This document shows positions 1-12,734 of a stretch of DNA of 64,000 bases, piece by piece (position 1 is the first letter of the stretch; each line of letters begins with the position of its first letter). The position numbers and the translations under genes are program-made. The notes under the pieces were generated by a model. The model did no database searches. It had not been told where the DNA came from and saw nothing but the letters and a program-made list of their open reading frames with translations. Origin of the DNA: Acanthaster planci (lineage: Eukaryota); assembly GCF_001949145.1 (NCBI RefSeq), contig NW_019091360.1, positions 802,137-866,136 on the forward strand, written 5' to 3'.

Positions 1-3000
1 ACTCGGACTGCTAACCATGGAGGAATAAAACATTTCTCTGTGTACTAACCAGTCCTGGCAAATTCCTCATTACCTTTGCAGTGATTAAATAGACTACGCT
101 AGCCCCAGACTTGGGCCAGTCTACTGGAATCCCTCTGTATCCTTAGCCCCACAACAGTCAATCAAAAAAGTGGAGACTCTTCAAAAATGCTTTCTATGAA
201 ATCCCTTTTGCGTGTATGGATCACTCACCCCATCAAACCACCGATGTATTACTTTGGCCGATTTCCAGTTTGTAGAAGTCTGTGCAATTTTGGTTTCGAT
301 TTGGGCCATTCGTTTACAACAGCAATTAACTCCTGATCATTGACCGATGCCAAACATGGTTACCAACAAATTTAGCAGTGGTAGCCAGTAGTGGTAATTT
401 TTTTTCATTTTTTTTTTCAACATTTTCCTTGCTAAATTCGACTTGACATGTTGGTTGGAAATGTTATCACTTTCTGACGGCTAACCACCGTGAGGGTAAA
501 TATCTCACAATATTTCTGGGAGTAATTGGATTTTTGTAAGGTCCACGTACACTGTAGGCCTACATGTTAATAACCCTGAATGGCTATAATACTGCAATAT
601 AAATTCCTATCCAGTGTAAAATCAGCAGGGAGGATTAAAAAATTGAAAGTCCAATGAAGGTTCCCTGGATAGCTACAAGTGTGTATACATGTACATATAC
701 ATGTACGTGGATTGGGGAGTTAGGCCTAATACCATGTACATGTGCATGTATGTACATAAACTAGCTTCACCATAAATTCAGTGTGAGAGTCGAAAAGGTT
801 AATACTAGACCAGTCTACATAAAATGAGTCACAGAAAAAAACCTGAAGGGGCAAGACCATTCGGTAATGAATTGATATCAGATTTTATTTCCCTTTGAAA
901 AAGCGCTTCCCGAAGTACCGGTATAAATCCACAAAAGCCTGATTGTGTTGATGAACAACTTGGTCCAATGTGCATGTACACTGTACCATACATTGGTTAG
1001 TCATGTATTTAGCTTCTGTACATTCATCCAGCTACAAATTGGGGTGAGTGGCAGGCTATTCTTACAACTGCCTTTATCATAACCTCATTGAGTTTTCAAC
1101 ATTATGAGGGTACCCACAGGGCTATTCAGCAACAGGCCTGATTAAGGGCCAAGTCCAAGTTCAGCACACAGTCCGTCTGTATGGACGTCTCAGGCATTGT
1201 GTGTACTGTGTATGCAAAACAAAAGAGAGTTTAGCAAGTTTGGACATCAATATCTTTCTGCTAAATGTAGGTATACATGTACATATATGTCATTGATTTG
1301 GCATGTGAGAGCTGTAGAATTTGAACTGTATTTTATACAGTGAGTGATTGTGAGTGGCAGTAGCAGGAATTGAAAGATTGTACATGTATCTCCAACAACA
1401 CTTTTTTAAAACTGAGGATGTTTCTTTTTAAAACCTGTTCTCTCTAGGCTCTGTACCCCTCTTGCTATTAAATTTCCCCCAGAAGTCATCCCCTTTTCAA
1501 CTTTCTGATACTTGTAAAAATAAGATTTTTTTATGGCCAGATAAGGAACTCTTTCCTTATCCCAGGTTAGACAGTTTCTTTCTCGGTCATTGCAACCACT
1601 GAAAATATTTCTGAGACTAATAATTTAATTTTGCACCCTATATCCCATGCTCTCCCCTCATGCCCTCAAGTGTGGACCATACCTCTCCCATTGACAGAAA
1701 TAGTAGACTTAAATATTTGTAGAAATACATTTGGATTTAATAACTTTTTCCCCTAGTTTTTTACTTGCAGAGTGAACTTTGCAGTTGAAGCTTTTTCTAA
1801 TTGAAAGTTACATCACAGTCTGTAGAAAGTTAAAAGGAAGGACTTCCACTTTTTTTTTACTTACACGTTGACTTACATGTATATAATTATGTAGTTTTTT
1901 CAATATTCTTGGACTTTCTTTACTGTAACTGTAATCTATCAGCTTGCGTTCCTGGAAACAAAAATGAAAGAAACCACTGCATTAAATATGCATCCCTTTG
2001 TTAATACTTCATGTGTACATGTAGCTGTATAACATGATCTGTGTTGTGCATATTCTTCTGTGAACAGATGGATTCATAATACTGTTTCTTTAAATGTTGA
2101 CATTTGATGCAGTAGCTCAGTTGTAACGCATGTTAAATGGATTACGGATGTTAAAAACATCAAACGTGATAGTATGGGAATATGGTGCATGCACATGTAT
2201 AAAGTTCACTCATTTTACACAATATACTTTATATCCGACAGTATATCATATCAGACATTTCCAAAATTATTACAAGACTCGATCCTTTTTTGGTGGGATA
2301 GACATGCAGTGCAACTTGCATAAATTGTAAAAAAAAAAAACCAGGTTTTGAAATAACATACATTTATTCAGTGTCTTTTTTTCCTTTCAGCCTTTATAGT
2401 CCCAAATCAAATTTGAATATGATTTTTACATACATGTACACCTCAGGGGGTTAGGGTTCTTCAGTACTTTAAAGAATTGCTGCAATGTACATGTATAAAG
2501 GTTTACTGCCTGGCCAGGGTGGATGCATTTGTTGAAAATGGCCACATATGGCCTTGATTAGTTAGCTTTTTGTGATTGCAGTTTTGGTTTCCACATAACC
2601 AGCCATCTTGCACATCAGCTGAGGTGGACCTTCTGGTGTGCACTTTTGTTAGAGGTGGACATGTACTGTATGATTCATATTACATGAATCAAAGTGCTGT
2701 AACCATTGCTTGGAATCTGGTGGTCATCAGGTGTTTAAAGTATACAGTGTATGCCAGTATATTTAAACTATTTAAAACCCCAAAGTCTAGTAATCCCCCC
2801 TAATCTTTTTCTATTGGTCTTTTGAAATTTCTTTATGCAGGATTTTATCAACCCAACCAATCACTTGAAGAGTATGGGCAGGTAACATTGAGTAACGAGT
2901 ACAGCATTCCACTAAGACAAGCCAGCCTTCAATATTGCAGTCTGTGAATGGATGACAGATAACTTCATCATGAATCCAGTCTATAAGGTACTTCGTGTAT

Positions 3001-3025
3001 GTGTGAAATTTGTGTTGTCATGTGT

Positions 3026-3491
3026 TAGAGCTGAGTTAATTTGAATAATTCACTATTTGAATATTTGACCTTTAATTCGATCGAATATCCAAATAATCAG
3101 TCCTACCGACTGGCAGACTATTGATGAACAAATCAGTTGCAATAACGCACACAACTGTACATCATAATCTCTATAAAAGCTTTTCACGTCTTGGAGTATC
3201 TCCGGCCACAATGTAGCAAGATTTAGAGATGATCAATACTTCTTGTCCTGTTGAAAATTTCTATTCCTTTAAAATTTTTTAATGAATAATTTACTTTTGA
3301 ATCATTTTGAGATTTCATTTCAATCTGCTGGAAACGAGCCTTTAAAGTGCAATTTTTCTCATTTAAACAATAGAAAATTATCCCTTCATTTTCATGAATT
3401 TTGCATTCGAATATTTAAATTGAAATGATGATATTCATATACTCGATACTCGATTGAATATCCAGATATTGGGATCTTTGGCACAGCCTTA
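3026..3491. mobile_element. Non-autonomous hAT-like DNA transposon (MITE)
   Basis: Imperfect termini TAGAGCTGAG...CACAGCCTTA, subterminal TCGAATA/GAATAT repeats, and 8-bp flanks TCATGTGT / TCACATGT (both derivable from TCACGTGT). Confidence 0.7.
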
Positions 3492-3873
3492 TCACATGTA
3501 GTACAAGCCCGCATAATTATGTGCTCACAAGTGTACATGTGTCACTAACTACAGAAAGTTTATACATGCACATGTATTTGCCGGAACCAGTTTAACATAC
3601 ACACTGTACATATGTTCGGAAGATAATTCGGTTCAACCATTTTATTTGTGAACCCTTTCGTGTAAATTATTGAAATTAAAAAAGAAATAATCCTGTTGTC
3701 TTTTCTGTCTTCCAAAAACACTTCTGAACAGCCTTTTTTACGTTAAAATGATTGTATTGATTTGTCTTCCTACTTTCACTTGCAACGTTTGAAAAGAAAC
3801 TTCCAGTTTTTTTACTAGTTCCCTTCGCATTTCGAAATGTGTGCAATAATGATCAATGTATTGAAGCAATGCT

Positions 3874-4250
3874 ACACTGGTTCCTGCTGCACCGCCCCCA
3901 TACTAAAGAAGGTGTGATGGAAATGCGGCAACCAGTTTACATGTATGTATTCTAGGCAAAATAGCATCATACACGCACGCAGCTGTATGACTGCATGTCG
4001 TAAAAACATCAGTGTTGCAAGAAGATTTCTGTAGGTTAATTCACAGAACTTGATCTCTTGTCTATACATGTATGTATTTTCCGTGTTCATGAATTTAATT
4101 AATTTAATCATTGCTCATACTTGAAGCGAGCATGTTTCCACAAAATTTCCTGCTGGACACAATGTACCGGTATGTTGCCCACCTTTCTGGATGCATCACG
4201 CATGCTTACCATGTACAAACATTATTGGCCCATTTACCGTCATGATTTTC
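3874..4250 (+). repeat. Dispersed repeat, copy 1 (paralogous to ~11980-12340)
   Basis: Shared collinear blocks ACACTGGTTCC, TGATGGAAATGCGGCAA, GTGTT-ATGAATTTAATT, AAG-GAGC-TG-TTCCACAAAAT-TCC and CACGCATGCTTAC. Boundaries approximate. Confidence 0.75.
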
Positions 4251-7200
4251 TTACTAGTGTTGCACACAGTGGTGTGAATTGTCGATAATTCTTAAGAATT
4301 GTCGACTGTAGATATTTTTACATTGATTAAGGCAATTTGTATCACCTTTTGGGGCAATTGTTGGTAGCTTTCATCCCTGTCAATCAGCACAAAGCTATTG
4401 AAACCCGCCCTCCCAAAGAAAAACCTCCTGACCTATATGTTCCGACCCTATTTTTGAGAGGCATGTAATCGGAAGCAAAACCTAAATTGAAAATGAGTTT
4501 AACTGAGACACAGAGGTGCATTTTGAAGGTTTGTATTAAAATACATGTAGAGTAATTGCAACTTCATGTACATGTACCATTTAACAAAAACGTTGCATGA
4601 CAGTCCAAATTCCTGTCATTATTATGGGGGGGGACATTGATGTTCACTGAAGAAATGGTATTGTTGGTTAAAAGCTAATGGATTCCAATTCAGTAAAATG
4701 GGTAGATCTGCAAAAGTTGAGCTGTTATGCCAAATGCATTATTTAAATGATTTATGTTTGCAATTTGTTAGTTTCCCCCGGGTAGAGACATATTCTGCAT
4801 TATTGTTTGCCTGCTGGCATTGCCATCAATTATTCTTGGCAGAAGTGTGACACAATACATGTACATTCTTGAAAAGAAGGTTCTGACATTACATTAATTG
4901 AGGTATCTGCAAACATTGTGAAATGGGATGAGTTCATATTTTCAGTTTATTGAAATTTGTTCTATTTATGCCTGTGGCATAAATTGGATGTATGAATGGG
5001 AGCTTACGGACTTACCTGTATGCATACATGTAGGCTTACTAGAAATGTACAATGTTCGTGCAGCTGTAGCTGGCTCTGTAATGTACAGTGTATTGTGTGG
5101 GTGGTTTTGTGTATTGTGTGGAAGCTATTTTATGGATGGGACGCAGGCAATGGGAACATTATATTTCATGATGACACCGCACAAAGATTCAGTGCTGGTC
5201 ATTTTTACAAAAAAGGCTGACTGCCACTGCAGTCCAGTCGCAACATGTTAATATTTAATCCCCTTGCATGTTTTATTATTATTATTAACTCTCCTGGTTA
5301 TGAAACTAAGGATTCCTCAAAAGTGTCCAGGGCACTAAAGCTTGCAAGTCTGAAGAAACCTGCAGAGAGGAGACAATGAAAACAATTTTAGAGGTGGAGA
5401 CAGCACAGCACCGCATTATAAAACTTCTCCTGACTCCTTTGTACTTAATACGTGTAAGTGCCCACATCGTTATTTTTTGTGACAGTACATGTACACATGT
5501 GGACATGTCCATCCATAAACTGCAGTCATTTTTGTCAGTCATTTGAAAGTCAGTCTGGATTCATGCAAGTAAAATCAGTTTTGGTAGAAACAGGGAACAT
5601 TTTGACCACACACCATAACTACCTACATGTAAGTAGCATGGTAAATGACTAATTGCTAGTGTGTGCTGTGCCACTGCAGGGTACACACTTTGGACATCGG
5701 CGATGCACTGTGCCACATTCAACATGTTCAAGCAGTCCAGCGACCATGCGAGGAGAATTAACGTTCTACTACTGAAAAAAACACTGAAAGAATGTTCACA
5801 GGAAATTGTTTAAAAAGAACTAATTGATGACGCTACTGGACTACTTTTACATGTACATGTATGTTGCTCTGTGGTTCAAGGTATTTGAGCAACTTACCAA
5901 TTACTGATTTTGTCCTAACATCTTGGCACAGCAATACCACTTTTGTTTGGACCACAAATGGTGCATCCTTTTTTCATGGTCTTCCACGTAGTGGGCCACA
6001 TTGCGTGGTCTCCAAGCTTGGCAGAATTCAGCATTTTTACCCTTTCGTAACCCATTTTTACCTGGCAGGGTGGCTATGTTGGACCACAAAGTGAAGCCTT
6101 ACCTCAAAAATATAACCTTAAGAACAGATTCTTGTTTTGTGTTCAACTTCCAACTTTACTGTAATGTTCCCTCAAATTCAAGTGCATGACATATGGTCCC
6201 ACCCTTCAAGTATTCCAATATACAGTTTTGTGTCACAAAACCGTATCATGGACTTTCAGTACTGCAGTTATCAATGCATCATTGAATCGTTACGCCCCTA
6301 TGAAAATTAGGAAACAGAACTCCCAAACCCTTTTCCCTCAGCCAGCTTTGCTCATGCACAAATGACAAAGTCCTGTAAATGGGAAAAGAGGATTGAGAAT
6401 AAAATGAATGAATACTGGACGGAAAATGCAGCTCCTTCCCCTATAAATTTGAAGCTGTGATTGTACGATGTACACATGACCCTAGCCTTGTGGGATGGGA
6501 TGCTGAGTGAAATCTTCTGTTGATGAAATTTCATATACGAACAAAATAAAATGTGTTTCAAGTACGTGTACATGTACATGCAGATATGAATAACAACAAA
6601 GGGTTTACTGAGAGATGCATGCATCTCTGTAGTATTCTTGCTGTTGGTACATGTACATGGATTTGGGTGCTTGTAATAACTTCTGCTGAGATTATTACCA
6701 TCAAAAGTGCCCCTGCAGTTTCTTTTGAAAAAAGGAGATTGTTTGGTGAAAAAAAATATTGTAGAAATATACATGTATGGTACATGTAGGCCAGGATTAG
6801 CTCCCTGGGTTTGAGGGCTTCCATCTGAGGGCAGAACTGATAAAATTATGGATGAAAAAAGATTCTCAGTGTCCAAAAAAGTAGAGGGCTGGAAATGGCA
6901 TTGAGCAGGTTTGGGAACTACATGTATCCCGGGGGGAGGGGTTTATTTGGTGTTAATTTAATTAAAAATTGAATTGGCCAAATCACCAAATCATAAAGAA
7001 ATAGAAAGACAAGGGACAAGACAACAATTTAATTTTTGTTTGAGAAACTCCAGTAATATTGGCTGGCTTATTATTTAGCCCGGAACTTCATTAATTTTGC
7101 ATTGTTGAGTGGGGTTTAAATTTGTGCTCTGCACCCCATTTGCACTTATGCTTATTGGATCAGTTGAGGGCGCTATCACCTATCTGACCATTAGGTGGCA

Positions 7201-10200
7201 CTCTTATTTAGTCTTGTTAAAAGTGTTTACGAAGTTCACTGTCAACATTGGAAATACATTTCCCAGGTTGTTACTTGGCCTTGGGATTATGAATGGTAAC
7301 TCCCTTATAGTTTTTCTAAGAATAGTCCCAAATGGTATTCCTCAAAATCATTTGCTCTGCACGAACCAAATAACACATTCATGTACGTATACGTACAGGC
7401 ATACATGTCCTTTATTTTTCAAGGAGCATTGGTGTCATCAAGCCCATGTAAAGTGAGAATGGAAGGGTTGTACCCTGCCCAATCCCGCAGAATGCTCAAC
7501 CTATGCTGCCAGATTTAATTTGAAGTTGCATGACGTATTCTCGGGGGATTTTTAAGATTTTCCGTTACCAAACTTCTTAAAAATTCACAACTTCATTTAC
7601 TGGACGTTTACACCCACACAAATGGCTGCTGGTGGCTACTTTAATCTGACAGGCAGCATCTATTGACGCCTGAGTATTTCAGCCAGACCTGCCACCTTGT
7701 AAAGAGAGCCCAGATTGTGCGGTGTTACGTAATTTTCTTCTGTTCCAAAACTGGCCCAGTGCACTGCCAGCGCCTTTTCAAATGTGGACCGGATTAGCGT
7801 GCAGCTGGATTGAAGTTCATCCCTGGAGTGCTGTTTGTCCCTGGTGGTAATCCGCTCGTGCTGAATGCCACAAACAGTGGTATAATCATTCAAAACAATG
7901 ACGGATTTCCTCCGCTATTGACAACTGAAAAAATGTTGGGGATTCCCTGTCAGCCCTGTCTTTTGTTCCGAGTATGGTCTTTTGTTACAAGGCCAAACTC
8001 CTTTGTCCAATTTGGAGCACCCCAGCTTTGCATATAAAGCCAAGATCTCCAGTTCCAGGCATTCCAGCATGAAGTGGTTAAGAAGCTGCTGAATGAAAGG
8101 AGTAGGGTAAATCACTGCACCAAACCTACATACCGGTATGTACTGTATGTATACAGGGTTCCCTTCAGAATGAAACCAACCAACATGGTCAATATGGTCA
8201 TGATACTGTCAAGTAATGACCATTACGATGGTTTGTATGGTAAGCTGAGGGTAATAAGCTGCCGGTTGATACATTAGATGGCTTTCTGATCATCTATCAC
8301 TGACTCTAAAATGTCTAAGGACCACTTATGAAATCTTTTATCAACCTTTACAGGGTATGTACATGTAGCTTGGCTGGGCATCATGATGGCTTGATTGGAT
8401 TACAACTGAAGCTATGTTGTTAGGTAATGCAGTGTTTGGTTCAAGAGAAGTGTAATAGACTGAGAAAAGATAGTTTCAAAAATGTAATGAACTAAGCATT
8501 AAGAGACTAAGAGTTCTTGGTACAGTGGAATGCCACTATAACAAACACTATGGGATCCTCACAAAATGTTCAGTAAAGCGGTTGTTCTGTATAGCGATTT
8601 TTAGTCACAAATCAGATGCTCACAATCATTCTGAACACCAGCCCATTCAAATGTGTAGCAGCTCGCACCGGAAAACTTTTGCCAACATGCAAAAATTGAA
8701 AGTTAAAAGTAAAGTTAAAAACAGAACATTTAAATTCTGGCATCTTGTTAAATGAATGTTCATCTCCTGTCACGTTTCAGCTTTCGGGTAGTCCTCAATG
8801 AAAGTAGAATTGCAAAATGAAATCATGTTTTCCTTGAGGCATCGCCTAAAATCATATGCCACATGTACGGTTACATTTGTTCCTGTTGGTAAAATGGCAC
8901 TTTGATTAATGGACCATTTTTGAAAGCATTTTTGAAATGATTGAAATAGCAAGATATTTATTGAAAAATATCTGCAAGTTAAGTAAGAGATGTCATGGTC
9001 TGCTGCGTATGTCATTTTCTGTTTTGGTTATTTTTTAGGTTAAGTCTTGTGGCTTTGTAGCGAGTTTTCCTGCACAGGGTCACCAGTCACCAGTGTCTGA
9101 AGGTTGCATGATGTACATGTACTCGATAGATGGTTTACTGGACATGGCCACTTGTAGACAGACACAGACTGCATGCAATGTGCACGTACTGTAGGCTACC
9201 TACGAACGATACAGACTGTGCCATGTGTTGGCCGTTGTTCCATCGTGAGAGCAATTTTTCTCAACTCTAAGTTGTTATCATCAGTTCAAAATATGTTTCT
9301 TTTATTGTAAAAAAATTTTTAATGTTCGGTAAAAGTTCACAGAAAATCCGGGAGCCAAGGGTGATGTTCAGTGTCCCCGAATGTTTGGTATAGCAGTGTT
9401 GTTTATAGCGGTGTTTCACTGAATAGAAATTTCAATAGACAATCTGTGCACTGCTATTGATGGTTCAGGGACCTGCAATTATGGAGCCTGCTGTGTTGTG
9501 TGGCCTCAATATACATGTAAGGACTGCAATATATACTCATCACCTTGCTGTAAACTGATACCCATTGAGTTTGTACACACACGCTCAAACTACATAAACG
9601 TGTACTGTAGGCTACATGTGGTCCATGGATGTTGAATGTGAGTGAGGCCCTCAAGTACCCATGGGCTTTAGGCTCTGGCTGAGTGTTGTAGCAAATATTG
9701 CTTGGTAACATAATTGTCTCAGAGTTTTAAAAAGTGACGGTGTGATAAGATATTTTTCACAAATCTCCAACAAGTTGAAGTACATGTACATGTACTGACC
9801 ACCAGCGGTCAGCATTTGTAAAATCTGATTGTATAAGACCTTTTGCATGGATCATGCAACCTCAGTCCTTCAAAATCAGCCTACACTTCCGTGTCAAAAT
9901 TGGATACAACCTCATCCTTNNNNNNNNNNNNNNNNNNNNNNNNNNNNNNNNNNNNNNNNNNNNNNNNNNNNNNNNNNNNNNNNNNNNNNNNNNNNNNNNN
10001 NNNNNNNNNNNNNNNNNNNNNNNNNNNNNNNNNNNNNNNNNNNNNNNNNNNNNNNNNNNNNNNNNNNNNNNNNNNNNNNNNNNNNNNNNNNNNNNNNNNN
10101 NNNNNNNNNNNNNNNNNNNNNNNNNNNNNNNNNNNNNNNNNNNNNNNNNNNNNNNNNNNNNNNNNNNNNNNNNNNNNNNNNNNNNNNNNNNNNNNNNNNN

Positions 10201-10618
10201 NNNNNNNNNNNNNNNNNNNNNNNNNNNNNNNNNNNNNNNNNNNNNNNNNNNNNNNNNNNNNNNNNNNNNNNNNNNNNNNNNNNNNNNNNNNNNNNNNNNN
10301 NNNNNNNNNNNNNNNNNNNNNNNNNNNNNNNNNNNNNNNNNNNNNNNNNNNNNNNNNNNNNNNNNNNNNNNNNNNNNNNNNNNNNNNNNNNNNNNNNNNN
10401 NNNNNNNNNNNNNNNNNNNNNNNNNNNNNNNNNNNNNNNNNNNNNNNNNNNNNNNNNNNNNNNNNNNNNNNNNNNNNNNNNNNNNNNNNNNNNNNNNNNN
10501 NNNNNNNNNNNNNNNNNNNNNNNNNNNNNNNNNNNNNNNNNNNNNNNNNNNNNNNNNNNNNNNNNNNNNNNNNNNNNNNNNNNNNNNNNNNNNNNNNNNN
10601 NNNNNNNNNNNNNNNNNN

Positions 10619-10775
10619 GTTCCTTGGAGGGGGGACCTCTGCCTCAGTCCTCCAAAATCTGTCATCGTTTCTTGTGTGTGTACCTTGGAGGGGTGACCAC
10701 TTCCTCAGTCCTCCAAAATCTGTCATTATTTCTCATGTGTTCCTTGGAAGGGTGACCACTTTTTCAGTCCTTGAG
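10619..10775. repeat. ~60-bp minisatellite running into the assembly gap
   Basis: About 2.5 visible copies of GT-CCTTGGAGGGGTGACCACTTCCTCAGTCCTCCAAAATCTGTCAT. The related CCTCAGTCCTTCAAAATC occurs left of the gap at ~9860. Confidence 0.85.
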
Positions 10776-11979
10776 AATATTCCAGCAGTAAACAAAGGGT
10801 AGGATTGTTCAGGTCAAAAACATAAAATTATTGGCAGCAAGCTTAAAGAGGCAATAAAAAGAAACCCTTCCCCAATTATTACCTTTATACAACAGGTTAC
10901 AAGACCACCTTCCAAAATCAACAGAACAGTTTTCCCATTTACGATCGAAAAAATGTAAAGAAAATGGGCTCCCGTGAGACCCTTCTTTGCCATTTTCAGA
11001 AATGCTTATTATGTATTGATGATATGTTGGTGACCCCAAAATGTTAGGTGGAGCTGTAAACAGATCATGTGTAGGGTACTTGTCTATATGCCAGTCTTGC
11101 AGCAGAGGGATGATCAAAATGCAGTGTTCTTGCATCGTTCTTGTCCACTCCTTTAATTGTGCTAGCCATCAAGTTCAAGTGCATGATTATTTGGGATTTT
11201 GTCATAAAATAAAACATACCCTTGTCTTTTGTAAAGTTTATAGGTTCGGACAGGAATCTCATAAACTAAAATTTGGTGTTCTCCAGGTTTCCATGCAGTA
11301 ACATGTTGAATGGATCGTCCCCAGACAGTGTTCAACACAATAAGGGTAGATTTAAACCTTTCCACTTGTCACAGATATGGTACATTGTAAATAATATGCC
11401 AAGAAGTTTGGGCGGACAGCTTAGAAAATTATCCATCAACTTCAGAAGCGAAGTGAATTTAGGAAAGCGATGAATCAGCGTTGCCAACTGCTTGTGTTGT
11501 GGTGTACCTGTGGTCATGGCTGGGCCACCATCAGGTTTCGAACCACAAACCCACAACGTGGACAGTTTCTGTGCTGTTATCATTATCATAAATGAGTAAA
11601 TTATAGTTGCTGTCATAGGAATCAAATCCACTCACTTTCAGTGTAAGAATCTGAAATGTGTTTCCTACTTTTGCAGTGATACATTTACAGTTGTACGCAT
11701 GGCAAACACTGACTGTTATTCCCCATAACTCTGCGACGCGGCAGTCGACTCTTATTACGAAATCGGTTGTAACAAAATTTCGATTACTAGCACAAATCTG
11801 TGGTCCAGGTGAAAACATGCATATTTCTATGGGGAGAAAATATGTTTTCGAAATAGCGTTGTACAAAATTCCTGGTACAACGAAAGGTTTTTGTGACTCC
11901 GTTGCCTGAAAAACCATTCTTGACAACCCAGTCATAAAGCGTTTGCGAATCGCGGTGTTGAAAACGTGTGTGGTGCACC

Positions 11980-12340
11980 ACACTGGTTCCCGCAGAGCCG
12001 AACCGTTGCCAATGAAGGCATGATGGAAATGCGGCAAGCAGTCAATCTACAGATTCTGCCAAAAAGGGTCGTACGTTCCACTACATTGAATGCAGCTCTA
12101 TAGTTGCAAGTCAAAAAACACTGCCGTCACAAATTTTTCCGCAGGTTCATTCATAAAAAAAAATGATCTCATGTTTATGTTTGTGTTTTCTGTGTTGATG
12201 AATTTAATTTGAAGTTGTACCGCTTGTACTCAAGTGAGCGTGCTTCCACAAAATGTCCAGTCGTGCAACACAAGGCTTATCGCACGCATGCTTACAACGC
12301 GATATACAGACATCGGTTGCCAGATTCCTGTCGTCATGAC
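11980..12340 (+). repeat. Dispersed repeat, copy 2 (CpG-richer; probably part of a longer TE relic ~11690-12650)
   Basis: Same collinear blocks as 3874-4250, with more CpG retained. Boundaries approximate. Confidence 0.75.
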
Positions 12341-12683
12341 ACGCATAGTGCATGATTAAAAAATCCATGATATTTTACATTCATTACACAAACGCCAAAA
12401 CAAAAATTCCCATCCCATTTCCGATAAAATACGCCCCAAATAAGTTCACATGACTATTCTCGTATCTCAAGAGTCCAAATAATCGCCCAACACTGAATTA
12501 TTCATATTGCTGCAAAGAGATCTAGCGTGCCCGCCAATGAGACTGTGTGCTTTCATGACGTACATTTGGCAAGACACAGCTATCCAATCGCAGTACTCGT
12601 TCATGACATTCTGCTTCTTCAGCGACCATCTCGCGCGCGGGCGCGACCAGGTAAGAGTAAGATTTTAGGTTCATGCAGCCTAG

Positions 12684-12734
12684 CCCTAACAGTCCTCAGT
12701 CCTTTACCTGTTGGAGGACTGAGGACTGTTAGGG
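12684..12734. mobile_element. 51-bp hairpin mini-MITE, copy 1
   Basis: Perfect 20-bp arms CCCTAACAGTCCTCAGTCCT / AGGACTGAGGACTGTTAGGG with an 11-nt loop, followed by TTAA. Confidence 0.75.

Noticed and set aside
7660..8115. Overlapping short ORFs in a slightly GC-richer block as a nested gene or transposase relic
   Set aside because: No recognisable domain or consistent splice structure. A BLASTX search would be needed to revive it.
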